This document shows, in pieces, positions 1 through 9,954 of a DNA stretch of 64,000 nt. A model generated the notes under the pieces. It was not told the DNA's origin. It did not search any database and saw only the letters and a list, made by a program, of their open reading frames with translations. The DNA lies in assembly GCA_044223005.1 (NCBI GenBank), contig JBGAML010000002.1, forward strand, positions 273,868 to 337,867, written 5' to 3'. The position numbers were made by a program, and so were the translations under genes. Each line of letters starts with the position of its first letter. The stretch's first letter is position 1. Origin of the DNA: Candidatus Eiseniibacteriota bacterium. Lineage in GTDB: Bacteria; Eisenbacteria; RBG-16-71-46.

Positions 1-963
1 ACGCTCTACGGCGCCGAATCCTCCGCCGCGGCGCGAATCGAAAACGACCTCAGCGTGTCGCTCGGCGACGCGCCCGAGGGCCTGGTGCTGGCGCAGCACG
101 TCGAGCGCGTCTACCGGCGCGAGTACGGTGCGGTGTCGTACCTGCACGGCGTCGCGCTCTACAACGTGGGCAACCTGCTCTACGGCGCGGGCCGGTTCCC
201 CGAAGCCGCCGCGGTGTTCGACTCGCTGTTGCCGATCCAGTTGAAGTTGCTGGGGCCGAAGCATCCCAAGACCGCGCTCACGTACCGCCAGCTCGCACGC
301 CTGGCCGGCAGCTTCGGCGACTACGACCGGGCGCGCACGCTCATGCTCCAGGCCATCGAGGCGATCGATGCCAACGCGGGCCCCGCGTCCACCGGCGCGG
401 CGCTCGCCCGCGGCCAGCTCGCGTACATCGAATGGCAGGCGGGCCGCTACGACGACGCGATCCGGCGGGGCCGCGACGCCGTCGACATCCTGAAGCGTCG
501 CGGCGAGCGCAACGGCAACCTCGCGCTCGCGCTGACCGAACTCTCGCCCGGCTACCTCGGCCACGGTGACGCCGCGCTCGCACGCGCGACGGCAGAGGAG
601 GCGGTGCAACTCTCCGAGGGCGAGGACTCGCGCTTCCTCGGCAACGCGCTCCGGCTCGCCGGCGAGGCGCGGCTCGCGCTGGGCGATCGCGCGGGTGCCG
701 CGACCGTGCTGCAGCGTTCGCTCGCGGCGCAGCGCGCCAACGGCCAGGACCGCATGGTGCCGTACGCCACCGCGATCGGCCTGCTCGCGCAGGCGCGCGA
801 AGGCACGGCGCCGCGCGCCGAGTGCGACTCGCTTCATCGCGCGGCGCTCGCGCTCTTCGCGAAGATCGCGCCCGCGCAGCAGCGCGAAGCCGTCGACGCG
901 CGCGCGGCCTACGAACGCTTCCGGCACGGCAGTGCGGGGCCGGGGGGCGGCTCCGCACGCTGA
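1..963 (+). CDS. TPR-repeat protein, C-terminal part (5' truncated by window); resembles the TPR tail of Ser/Thr kinase-TPR proteins
   Basis: Frame open from base 1; repeated helical motifs such as LLGPKHPKTALTYRQLARL and ALYNVGNLLYGAGRFPEAA. Confidence 0.7.
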   Translation, partial: TLYGAESSAAARIENDLSVSLGDAPEGLVLAQHVERVYRREYGAVSYLHGVALYNVGNLLYGAGRFPEAAAVFDSLLPIQLKLLGPKHPKTALTYRQLARLAGSFGDYDRARTLMLQAIEAIDANAGPASTGAALARGQLAYIEWQAGRYDDAIRRGRDAVDILKRRGERNGNLALALTELSPGYLGHGDAALARATAEEAVQLSEGEDSRFLGNALRLAGEARLALGDRAGAATVLQRSLAAQRANGQDRMVPYATAIGLLAQAREGTAPRAECDSLHRAALALFAKIAPAQQREAVDARAAYERFRHGSAGPGGGSAR

Positions 964-1207
964 TTCACTCCCGGCCGGACGCGCAGGTCGCCCGGCACGT
1001 TGCGGATTGCGGTGCCACTCCGCTTCCGGGCCACCGGACCACTCCCGAACCGCCTTTGCGGCAGCACGAGGGCGCGGTACGCTTACCGGAATCCAGTCGT
1101 ACTTTCGGCCCCGTCCGCCATCGGTCGGGACGCCCCGACCCCGGGGCGCCCCCCCGGCGACCCCGCTGGTGAGCGGCGCGGAGCCTCCGATCGAAAGGCC
1201 CTCATCC

Positions 1208-3562
1208 TTGCGCACCTCACCCCCGAGATTCCTCGCTTCCCTGCTGCTGGCCGCGTCCCTCCTGGGTTCTCTCGCGTCGACCGCGTTCGCGGCCACCCCG
1301 TTCCCGATGGCCAGCGGCAACTACTCCGAGAACTTCTCCGACATCGCCAACTGGACCGCCAACTTCGCTTCCGGCATCGGCGCGCAGTACTGGGCGTCCG
1401 TGGGCGTCGGCGGCTCGGCCGCGATCCCCGATCCCACGCACACCACCGTGAGCACCGCGGCGTTTACGACCGGCACCACGGGCGGCCTGCAGAAGGGGAG
1501 CGGCAACATCCAGCTGCTCTCGACCAACGGCACCGACTTCACGAACGCGTGCGCGATCGACCTGCTGCTGGACTTCACGGGCATGACCGCCGGGACGATC
1601 AGCTACGACTTCGCGACCGTGTCCAACTCGACCGGCAACCGCAACGGCTCGCTGCGCGTCTACACGAGCATCGACGGCGTCAACTTCACCGAGCTGAGCG
1701 GGGCGTCGGTCCTCGACTTCACGAACAACGTCGCGTTCACGAAGGCGGTGCAGCTCGTGCAGCTGCCGGCCAACTTCGACAACTGCGCGACGGCGCGCAT
1801 CCGCTTCTACGACTACAACGGCACCGGCCCCGTGGGCTCCTCGGGTGCGCGTCCCAAGGCGTCGATCGACAACGTCGCCGTGACCGGCACGCTCATGGGC
1901 GGCGGCGGTCCGGCCGGCCCCGTGATCTCGAGCATCTCGACGATCCCCGGTACGCCGCTCGACACGCTGGGCGTCGACGTGCAGGCGAGCGTGGTCGACA
2001 CCGCACGCGCGATCAACGCGGTCTCGCTGGCGTGGGGACTCACGAGCGGCTCGCTCTCGAGCGTCATCAGCATGGGGCCGACGACGGGCAACTTCTGGCA
2101 GACCTCGCTGCCGATCCCGCAGCACTCGGGCGGCACGGTCGTCTACTACCAGATCACGGCGGTCGACGATTCGGTCACCGCGACCTCGCCGATCCTGAGC
2201 TTCACCGTCACCGGCACCGGCGGTTCGAGCAGCGGCGCGCCGGTCATCACGTCGGTCTACGAGGCCGGCGACTCCACGCTGCAGGTGTTCTTCAACACCG
2301 CGGTGGACCCGGTCACTTCGCAGATCCCGACCAACTACAGCGTCAACGGCATCGTCGCCACGAACGCGGTGCGCGACGGCTCGCTGCTCTCGATGGTCAC
2401 GATCACCGTGCCGGGCATTCCCGCCGGCGACCGCACGCTCACGGTGAACGGCGTCGGTGACCTCGCGGCGCACTTCAACAGCAACGCGACGTACGGCTTC
2501 CACTGGGTCGACGTCTCGATCCCGGCGGGCTACTACGACAGCGTCACGGGCCTGAAGGGCTACGCGCTGCTCGCCGCGTTGCACTCGATCATCAAGGCGC
2601 ACACGGTGATCAGCTACAGCAACACCGCGAACTGCTTCCCGCGCACGGACCGCCGCCCCGACGGCAACGTCTGGGACGTGTATTCCGACATCCCCGGCGG
2701 CACGCCGCCGTACGAGTTCGCGTTCGGTCCCATGGGCTCGGGCGGCAGCGAAGGCATCGCGTACAACCGCGAGCACTCGTTCCCGCAGTCGTGGTTCGGC
2801 GGCAGCGTGTCGCCCATGTACTCGGACCTCTGGATCATCTACCCGACCGATTCCAAGGTGAACGGCATGCGCGGCAACTACCCCTACGGCGTGGTCGGCA
2901 CGGCGACCTGGACGTCCCTCAACGGGTCCAAGCTGGGCAGCAGCGCATCGGCCGGATACGGCGGCACGGTGTTCGAGCCGATCAACGGCTACAAAGGCGA
3001 TCTCGCCCGCAGCCAGTTCTACGTCTCGACGCGATACTTCACCGAGGACTCGTCCTGGCCGGGGAGCGGCTCGGCGAACAAGTCGCAGCAGCTGCCCTGG
3101 GCCGCGGCGCAGTACCTCGCCTGGAGCGTCGGCGATCCGGTGAGTTGGAAGGAGCGCGTCCGCAACGGCGCGATCTACGAGTACCAGCACAACCGCAACC
3201 CGTTCGTCGATCATCCCGAGTTCGTGAGCTACATCTACGACTCGACCAACGTCACCGGCGTCGCGCCGACGGCGACGAACCTGGCGACGATGCTGCGCCC
3301 CGCGAGCCCGAATCCCTTCGGCGCCCGCACGGTCCTCGCGTACGACCTCGCGACGCGCGGCCGCGTCTCGCTGCGCATCTATGACGTGACGGGCCGGCTC
3401 GTGCGCTCGCTGGTCCCCGGCATGGAGCAGGCGGCCGGGCACTACACGCTCGACTGGGACGGCCGTGACGACGCCGGCGCGTCGACGGCGGCCGGGCTCT
3501 ACTTCAGCCGGATCGACGTCGATGGCGCGAGCGACGTGCGGAGACTCGTGCGCGTCCGCTAA
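1208..3562 (+). CDS. Secreted endonuclease I (EndA/Bsn-like) with N-terminal beta domains and C-terminal FlgD-Ig/CTD-like domain
   Basis: TTG start after GAAAGG; signal peptide; YNREHSFPQSW, SDLWIIYPTDSKVNGMRGNYP, KGDLAR, ERVRNGAIYEYQHNRNPFVDHPE; PNPF...YDVTGR...WDG tail. Confidence 0.85.
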   Translation: MRTSPPRFLASLLLAASLLGSLASTAFAATPFPMASGNYSENFSDIANWTANFASGIGAQYWASVGVGGSAAIPDPTHTTVSTAAFTTGTTGGLQKGSGNIQLLSTNGTDFTNACAIDLLLDFTGMTAGTISYDFATVSNSTGNRNGSLRVYTSIDGVNFTELSGASVLDFTNNVAFTKAVQLVQLPANFDNCATARIRFYDYNGTGPVGSSGARPKASIDNVAVTGTLMGGGGPAGPVISSISTIPGTPLDTLGVDVQASVVDTARAINAVSLAWGLTSGSLSSVISMGPTTGNFWQTSLPIPQHSGGTVVYYQITAVDDSVTATSPILSFTVTGTGGSSSGAPVITSVYEAGDSTLQVFFNTAVDPVTSQIPTNYSVNGIVATNAVRDGSLLSMVTITVPGIPAGDRTLTVNGVGDLAAHFNSNATYGFHWVDVSIPAGYYDSVTGLKGYALLAALHSIIKAHTVISYSNTANCFPRTDRRPDGNVWDVYSDIPGGTPPYEFAFGPMGSGGSEGIAYNREHSFPQSWFGGSVSPMYSDLWIIYPTDSKVNGMRGNYPYGVVGTATWTSLNGSKLGSSASAGYGGTVFEPINGYKGDLARSQFYVSTRYFTEDSSWPGSGSANKSQQLPWAAAQYLAWSVGDPVSWKERVRNGAIYEYQHNRNPFVDHPEFVSYIYDSTNVTGVAPTATNLATMLRPASPNPFGARTVLAYDLATRGRVSLRIYDVTGRLVRSLVPGMEQAAGHYTLDWDGRDDAGASTAAGLYFSRIDVDGASDVRRLVRVR

Positions 3563-3729
3563 CGGACCGCAAGCACGCGACCTGAGAGCGGCGGCCGCGA
3601 GGGTGGCCGCCGCGAACGACAAGGGTACCGGCCACCGGCCGGCCGGCGCCGGGTCGCTCGCGTTCACGTGCCGGGCGAACGGGTTACACGTGATGTTTCA
3701 TCTCCCGTGAGAGGGGCGAACCTCGTATC

Positions 3730-5928
3730 ATGAACCGCCCGAGCGCGGGGCCGGGCCCCCCGGCAACGCGCTCCCCGACGACTCCCGAGGCGACCCGCTC
3801 CCGCATGCCCCTCCGGCCGCTGCTGCTCCGAATGCTCCGATCGCGCCGCGCTCACGGCGCGTTCGCGCTGCTGCTCGTCGCCGCGCTCGCGGCTTCGCGT
3901 GCGGATGCGCTCTCGCTGCAGCTGCAGGTGCTCGGCCCCGGCGGTACGCCGGCGGAGGCGCGACTCCAGGTCATCAGCGTGCAGGGCCTGTCGGTGCCGC
4001 ACGCGCCGGACGTCGAGCTCATGGCGCACTCGGGGTACAACGGCACCTACTTCTACCCGACGCCGGGCAGCGCGCTGGAACTCGACCCGGGCACCTACCG
4101 CGTGCGCGCGTGGCACGGGCCCGAGTGGTACGGCTACGAGCAGTCCTTCACGCTCGATCGCGACACGACGCTCGTGGTGCAGCTCTCACGCATGGTCGAC
4201 CTGCGCCCGCGTGGCTGGTATTCGGGCGACCTGCATGTCCACGCGGAGCATCCGCCCGTCGAGTACGCGGTGTCGGATGAACGCGCCGTGAGCATCGCAC
4301 GCGCGGAAGGACTCTCCGTGCTGCACCTGCTCGACCAGGCGCGCAGCTTCACCGGGCAGGTGTCGACCCTCTCGGATTCGCTGGTGACGCTCTACTGCAC
4401 CTACGAGTACCGCAACCAGACCGGCGGCCACGCGGTGTTCGCGGGCCTCACCTCGGCACTCGGCGACGAATGCTGCCTGCCGCCCGAGGAACCGTGGCCG
4501 ATGCTGTACGACCTGCATGGATCCCTCGCGGCGCAGGGCGGTCTGATGGTGCTCGCGCATCCCCGCACGACCACGTTCGACGCGCCGCGGGACGACTGGC
4601 CCGGCGCCGGCATGGGACGCGAGATGGCGCTGCTGGGGGCGCTGGGCGGCATGGAAGCCATGGACGCCGTCTCGTACAGCAACGAGCCCGACGCCGACTG
4701 GAGCGATTGGTACGACCTGCTTTCGAGCGGCCTCGACATCCCGCTGTCGGCGGGCACGGACGCCGTGCTCGACTGGTACGACCACCCGCCGGCGGGCGGC
4801 TGGCGCGTCTACGTGCAGGTGGCCGCGGGGACGTCGAGCTTCTATTCGCGCTGGCTCGCCGGGTTGCGCGCCGGGCGGACGTTCGCGACGTGCGGTCCGC
4901 TGGTCCCGCGCTTCGAGATCTCCGGCGTGGCTCCGGGCGGGACGCTCGCGCTCTCCTCGGACACCCTGCAACGGCCGCTGCGGATCGAGGCCCGGTGCGA
5001 GCACGGGCTCGCGAAGCTCGCGCTGATCGCCGACGGTGCGGAGGTCTGGAGCGCGGCCGTCGGCGGCCGCGAGAGCATCGACACCACGCTCACGCTCCGC
5101 ATCACGACTCCGCGGTGGCTCGCGCTGCGCGTCGACGGGGCCAGCAGTCCCCCCGGGCTGAACGGCCTGGCGTCCGTCGGGCACACGAACGCGATCCGCG
5201 TGACGCTGAACGGAAATCGTCGCCCGCTGGCCACCACCTGCGCCCGGCTCTGGGACGAGGTCCTCGACTGGGAGAACATGCTGATCGGCGACTCGACGCT
5301 GACGGCCGCGCACGCCGATTCGGTGCGCGCGCGCGGCGCCCGGGCGCGCGCCGTCTACGGCAAGCCGTGGGTCACGCGCAGCGGGTCGTTCCGCATGCTG
5401 ACTGCCGGGGCCGTGGCGCCGGCGCGCTTCACGTGGCGGCGCTCGACCGACACCGAGGCGAACGATCGCGTGCGCTACCTGGTCGAGGTCGACACGGCAT
5501 CCACGTTCCCCGCGCCCATGACCTGGACGTGCGAAGACACCACGCTCGTGGTCTCGCCCGCCAAGCACGGCCCGTGGTGGTGGCGCGTGACGGCGATCGA
5601 CCGCGGCGGCAACAAGCGCGTCGCGCAGAACGCGCCCAAGCTCTCGGGCGACGCGCCGCTCGACGCGCCGCCGCCGATGGCGACCCGCGCGGCCCGCGCC
5701 TATCCGAATCCGGCCCGCAGCGAAGTGCGGCTCGAAGGCTTCTCCGCGGACGCGCGCGTCTTCGACACTGCCGGCCGTGTCGTCGCCTCCCGCGGGCGCG
5801 GCCTCGAGCCCGCGGGCAACGCGTTCACGTGGCGGCTCCGTGGCGCAGGGCGCGCCGTGCCGCCGGGCCTCTACTTCGTCGCCGATCCCGCGCGGGCCCG
5901 GACCACGCGCATCGTCGTCCTGCCCTGA
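3730..5928 (+). CDS. Secreted CehA/McbA-like (PHP-fold) metallohydrolase with CTD-like tail
   Basis: WYSGDLHVH, LAHP, SAGTDA, LRAGRTFAT motifs; YPNP...FDTAGR...PPGLYFV tail; alternative start at 3805. Confidence 0.75.
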   Translation: MNRPSAGPGPPATRSPTTPEATRSRMPLRPLLLRMLRSRRAHGAFALLLVAALAASRADALSLQLQVLGPGGTPAEARLQVISVQGLSVPHAPDVELMAHSGYNGTYFYPTPGSALELDPGTYRVRAWHGPEWYGYEQSFTLDRDTTLVVQLSRMVDLRPRGWYSGDLHVHAEHPPVEYAVSDERAVSIARAEGLSVLHLLDQARSFTGQVSTLSDSLVTLYCTYEYRNQTGGHAVFAGLTSALGDECCLPPEEPWPMLYDLHGSLAAQGGLMVLAHPRTTTFDAPRDDWPGAGMGREMALLGALGGMEAMDAVSYSNEPDADWSDWYDLLSSGLDIPLSAGTDAVLDWYDHPPAGGWRVYVQVAAGTSSFYSRWLAGLRAGRTFATCGPLVPRFEISGVAPGGTLALSSDTLQRPLRIEARCEHGLAKLALIADGAEVWSAAVGGRESIDTTLTLRITTPRWLALRVDGASSPPGLNGLASVGHTNAIRVTLNGNRRPLATTCARLWDEVLDWENMLIGDSTLTAAHADSVRARGARARAVYGKPWVTRSGSFRMLTAGAVAPARFTWRRSTDTEANDRVRYLVEVDTASTFPAPMTWTCEDTTLVVSPAKHGPWWWRVTAIDRGGNKRVAQNAPKLSGDAPLDAPPPMATRAARAYPNPARSEVRLEGFSADARVFDTAGRVVASRGRGLEPAGNAFTWRLRGAGRAVPPGLYFVADPARARTTRIVVLP

Positions 5929-5943
5929 TCCGCTCCCGCGCCG

Positions 5944-6558
5944 TCAGTGCGCGGCGCGTGCCGCGAGCGGCGCGCGCACGCTGATCGCGCCGCGCAGGTC
6001 CCCGGCCGCATAGCCGGTCGCCTCGTCCGCCGGGTAGCGCTCGGCCAGCAGCGCCCGCACGGGTGGCGAGAGGCGATCGGCCGGGCCGTGGCAGGCGAGG
6101 CAGGGCTCCTGCAGGGCGATCGGCTTCAGGTAGCGGATCTCGGCGCCGCCCTCCGGCGTGGCGACGACGAGCAGCGTCTCGGCGGGCAACCGGCCGGCGA
6201 TGCGATCCGCCTCGAACGCGGCGAGCACCGCGGCTTCGAGCGAATCGGGCGAGTTGCCGGGATTGCGCAGCCGCGTGCCCACGCGCCGAACCGTCACGCC
6301 ATCGCGCTGGTGGGCTTGCGTGCGGACCTGGGCGGAATCGGCGCACACCGCGATCGCGGCGCCGGGCCCGCCACGCTCCAGTTCGCTCTTGAGCAGCGTC
6401 ATCAGGTCGCCGCCGAGCGCGTTCGCCGCGGCGCGCACGCGCTGGACGTCCGCGGAGTCGGGGGCCGGAACCGAGTGTGCGACGGGCGCGTTCGACGAGC
6501 AGCCCGCAGCGAGCACCGAGCCGAGCAGGAGCAGAGAGAGAGTGATCGTGGCGTTCAT
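5944..6558 (-). CDS. DUF3365 (Tll0287-like) c-type heme lipoprotein
   Basis: Lipobox LAAGC; AIAVC, RNPGNSPD, CLACH heme motif, YPADEATGY...DLRGAISV. Confidence 0.85.
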   Translation of the reverse strand: MNATITLSLLLLGSVLAAGCSSNAPVAHSVPAPDSADVQRVRAAANALGGDLMTLLKSELERGGPGAAIAVCADSAQVRTQAHQRDGVTVRRVGTRLRNPGNSPDSLEAAVLAAFEADRIAGRLPAETLLVVATPEGGAEIRYLKPIALQEPCLACHGPADRLSPPVRALLAERYPADEATGYAAGDLRGAISVRAPLAARAAH

Positions 6559-6783
6559 GTCGGGTGGCAACCGTTTCGGGTGGTGCACGCCGCGCGGTCG
6601 CGCCGCGGGAGCGGTGTGCGCGGGCATGCGATGGAAGGTCGACGTCTCGGGTGCATCGCTCACATCCCCGGCAGGTGCGGCACGCGCCGCGGGCCTGCAC
6701 GAGGTGGGTGCGCCGAGCAGTTCTGGACGATTCGCGCCCGCCACGGCGCGCGGGCGCGGCCGAGCGAGCGTGGAACGAATCGT

Positions 6784-6966
6784 TCAGCGATGTCCGCGGT
6801 GGCTCAGCCCGATGATGCGGATCATGCGCAGGTTGATCTCGACGAAGCGCCACATCTGCCACGGGATGAACGTGCGCCAGAACACCGTCGACGGCGTGGG
6901 CTTCGTCGCGTAGAACGCGGGATCCAGGTGGCGCGGCTTCGCGCGTTCGGCGGGAGTCGTCGTCAT
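6784..6966 (-). CDS. Small (60 aa) protein with a hydrophobic/aromatic segment, directly downstream of sqr
   Basis: ATG 4 nt after the sqr stop, with GGAG overlapping the end of sqr; FWRTFIPWQMWRFVEINLRMI. Confidence 0.6.
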   Translation of the reverse strand: MTTTPAERAKPRHLDPAFYATKPTPSTVFWRTFIPWQMWRFVEINLRMIRIIGLSHRGHR

Positions 6967-6970
6967 GCGC

Positions 6971-8425
6971 TCACTCCGGAATCATGCTCCAGCCCGGACG
7001 CAGCCGGGCCTTGTGCAGGAAGAGGTGGTGGAGAATGATCTTGATCCAGTGGCCCGCGAGCCCGATCTCGCCGAACGTCATGCCGAGATCCCGCCCGTAC
7101 TCGGGATAGCGCTCGAAGTCCGGCACGATGGGGAACACGGTCATCGAGGCCGCGGTGCCGGTGAACGGGTTCGCGCCGGCCGACGCCACGCAGGCCGCGC
7201 CCATCTCGGCCATCGACGCGCGGTGCGTCGGGGCCTGCGCGCCGCGGATTATGTCGACGATGCTCTGTGCGACCGCCTTGCCGATCATCGCCGACGGCAT
7301 GCCCGTCCGCGGCGGGGTGGGCGCGATCGCGACGCCGTTCGGGTTCTGGCGCGGCATCGAGATCGGATGCGGCGGGGCGAACGCGATGCCCGCCGCGAAC
7401 ACGTTCTTGTACGCGGGCGACTGGTAGGTGCTCGGCCAGTCGCGCGCCGACCACTGCTCGTAGGGCTTCGGCGTGTAGTCCGCGTCGACGCGCATGAAGC
7501 CGTTCGGCTGGAACATCGTCGACGTGATGTCGGCGCCGGCTCGGTCGAACGCTTTCAGCCCCACGCCCGAGAAGGGCGGGAGCAGCATCGCGAAGTCGAA
7601 CGGCTCCTCGTGCTCCTCGCCGGCGAGGTTCGTATAGCGCACCTTGTCCGGCAGGACCTCGAGCACGTGTGCGCGCGTGATCCAGCGCAGGCCGCGCTCG
7701 GCGAAGAGCGACTCCGTGAAGATCTTGCTCGGCGTGACGTAGCCGCCGTGACGCAGGTGGATGCCGCCCATGCCGAAGTCGCCGAGCTCGTACTCGTTCG
7801 AGATCCACGTGATGTCGGCCATGTCCCGCACGCCGCGGGCGCGGAGCTCGAACTCGAGGTTGACGATGTACTCGAACGCCGCGCCCTGGCACGTGCAGGT
7901 GCCGTGACCGGTCCCGATCAGGAACCGCTGGCGCTGACCCTGCTGCATCTTGACGACCGCGGCCTCGAGTGACCGGGACGCCTCGTGGGCGTGGCTTTCG
8001 GTGCAGACCGACAGGCTGTGCCCTTCGGGCCCCAGCCCGGGCGTCGCACCGAAGTTGAGCTTCGGCCCGGTGGCGTTGACCAGCCAGTCGTACGCGATCT
8101 CCTCGCGCTGGCCCTCGCGGCCGGCGAGCGTCGACTCGGCGACGACGAACGGCTTGAGGTCGTCGCCACGGCCCTCGGGGTGGATCTCGGTCGCCTTCGC
8201 CTGCACGAACCGGATGCCCGATTTGGCGTAGACGGGTGCGAGCGGGAAGGTCACCTGCTTCGGCTTCATCAGGCCGACGCCCACCCAGATGTTGGACGGG
8301 ATCCAGTTGTAGGTCGCGCGTGGAGCGACCACGACGACCTCGTGCTCGCGGCCGAGCCAGCGGCGCAGGAACGCCGCGGCCGTGTGGCCCGATACCCCCG
8401 ATCCCAGCACCACGATTCGGCTCAT
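6971..8425 (-). CDS. sqr: Sulfide:quinone oxidoreductase (FAD-dependent)
   Basis: RIVVLGSGVSG FAD motif, WIPSNIWVG, GTCTCQGAAFEY, PPRTGMPS, CVASAG, EIGLAGHWIK. Confidence 0.85.
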   Translation of the reverse strand: MSRIVVLGSGVSGHTAAAFLRRWLGREHEVVVVAPRATYNWIPSNIWVGVGLMKPKQVTFPLAPVYAKSGIRFVQAKATEIHPEGRGDDLKPFVVAESTLAGREGQREEIAYDWLVNATGPKLNFGATPGLGPEGHSLSVCTESHAHEASRSLEAAVVKMQQGQRQRFLIGTGHGTCTCQGAAFEYIVNLEFELRARGVRDMADITWISNEYELGDFGMGGIHLRHGGYVTPSKIFTESLFAERGLRWITRAHVLEVLPDKVRYTNLAGEEHEEPFDFAMLLPPFSGVGLKAFDRAGADITSTMFQPNGFMRVDADYTPKPYEQWSARDWPSTYQSPAYKNVFAAGIAFAPPHPISMPRQNPNGVAIAPTPPRTGMPSAMIGKAVAQSIVDIIRGAQAPTHRASMAEMGAACVASAGANPFTGTAASMTVFPIVPDFERYPEYGRDLGMTFGEIGLAGHWIKIILHHLFLHKARLRPGWSMIPE

Positions 8426-8613
8426 CGCAGGGTTCCCTCCTGTGGTCCGGCGCGGCGAACAGGCTCCGTCTCGGGGTGAGAGACCCGAGCGGGCGCGGGG
8501 ATTCGCGGCCCGGGGAAGGCGCGCCCGGGTCCCGATTGCGGAGGGAAACCGGCTGCGCGACGATGCACGGGCGGCGTGGCCGACGCCGCCCACCCCCACG
8601 CAAGGACGTGTCC

Positions 8614-9954
8614 ATGGACCCTGTCTACTGGCATCGGCTGCAATTCGCGTTCACGATCACCTACCACTACCTGTTCCCGCAGCTCACGATGGGCCTCGCA
8701 CTGCTCATCGCGATCATGAAGACGCTCGGCCGCCGGCCGGGCGGCGGGACGTGGAACGACGCCGCGCGGTTCTGGATCCGGATCTTCGGGATCAACTTCG
8801 CGATGGGCGTCGTGACCGGCCTGCCGATGGAGTTCCAGTTCGGCACCAACTGGGCCGTCTTCGCGCGCACGGCCGGCAACGTGATCGGCCACACGCTCGG
8901 CATGGAAGGCCTGTTTGCGTTCTTCCTCGAGTCGAGCTTCCTCGCGCTGCTCGTCTGGGGCGAGAAGCGGATCGGGCCCACGGGACACTGGCTCGCCTCG
9001 CTCGCGCTGTTCGTGGGCAGCTGGCTCTCGGGCTACCTGATCGTCGCGACGAACGCCTTCATGCAGCACCCCGTCGGCCACGTGGTCGACGCCGACGGCA
9101 CGATCCGGCTCGCCGACTTCGCGGCGTTCGTGTTGAACCCGTGGGCGATCGCCGCGTGGCTGCACACCATGACCGCCGCGGTGGTCACCGCGTCGTTCGT
9201 CGTGGCGGCTGTCGGCGCCTTCTACGTGCTGCGCGGGCAGGACGCGCCGGTCGTGCGCCGCTTCCTCGGGCTCGGCGTCACCGCGGGTCTCGCCGCGGCG
9301 ATGATCGTCGCGTTCCCGACCGGCGACCACCAGGCCAAGCTCGTCGCGCGCCACCAGCCGATCGCACTCGCGAGCATGGAGGGCCGCTTCGAGAGCGGGC
9401 CCTACGCGCGCATCACGCTGATCGGCCAGCCCGACGTGGAGAAGCGCCGGATCGACAACCCGCTCCAGGTGCCCGGCATGCTGAGCTTCCTCGCGTTCGG
9501 CGCGTTCCACGCCGACGTGCCGGGGCTCGCGGCGTACCCGCCGGAGCAGTGGCCCGACAATATCGAGCTCCTCTACTACGCGTTCCACGTCATGGTCGGG
9601 CTCGGCACGATCTTCATCGGCATCATGGGACTCGCCGCGTTCCTGCAGCTGCGCGGCGCGCTCGTGCGCACGCGGGCGATGCTCTGGGTGCTGGTGCTCG
9701 CGTTCCCGTTCCCGTACATCGCCACCACCGCCGGCTGGCTGACGGCCGAACTCGGGCGGCAGCCGTGGCTCGTCTACGGGCTGCTGCGCACGAGCCACGG
9801 CGCGAGCCCGCTCGTGCATCCGGGCAGCGCGCTCTTCACGCTGATCGGCTTCGCCGGGCTCTACCTGGTGCTCGGTCTGCTGTTCCTGTTCCTGGTCGGG
9901 CGTGAAATCGCCCACGGTCCGGTGTCGGGGCACGGGGAGGTGGGCCATGTTTGA
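8614..9954 (+). CDS. cydA: Cytochrome bd ubiquinol oxidase subunit I
   Basis: RLQFAFTITYHYLFP, GVVTGLPMEFQFGTNW, EGLFAFFLES, NAFMQHP, GWLTAELGRQPW. Confidence 0.95.
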   Translation: MDPVYWHRLQFAFTITYHYLFPQLTMGLALLIAIMKTLGRRPGGGTWNDAARFWIRIFGINFAMGVVTGLPMEFQFGTNWAVFARTAGNVIGHTLGMEGLFAFFLESSFLALLVWGEKRIGPTGHWLASLALFVGSWLSGYLIVATNAFMQHPVGHVVDADGTIRLADFAAFVLNPWAIAAWLHTMTAAVVTASFVVAAVGAFYVLRGQDAPVVRRFLGLGVTAGLAAAMIVAFPTGDHQAKLVARHQPIALASMEGRFESGPYARITLIGQPDVEKRRIDNPLQVPGMLSFLAFGAFHADVPGLAAYPPEQWPDNIELLYYAFHVMVGLGTIFIGIMGLAAFLQLRGALVRTRAMLWVLVLAFPFPYIATTAGWLTAELGRQPWLVYGLLRTSHGASPLVHPGSALFTLIGFAGLYLVLGLLFLFLVGREIAHGPVSGHGEVGHV

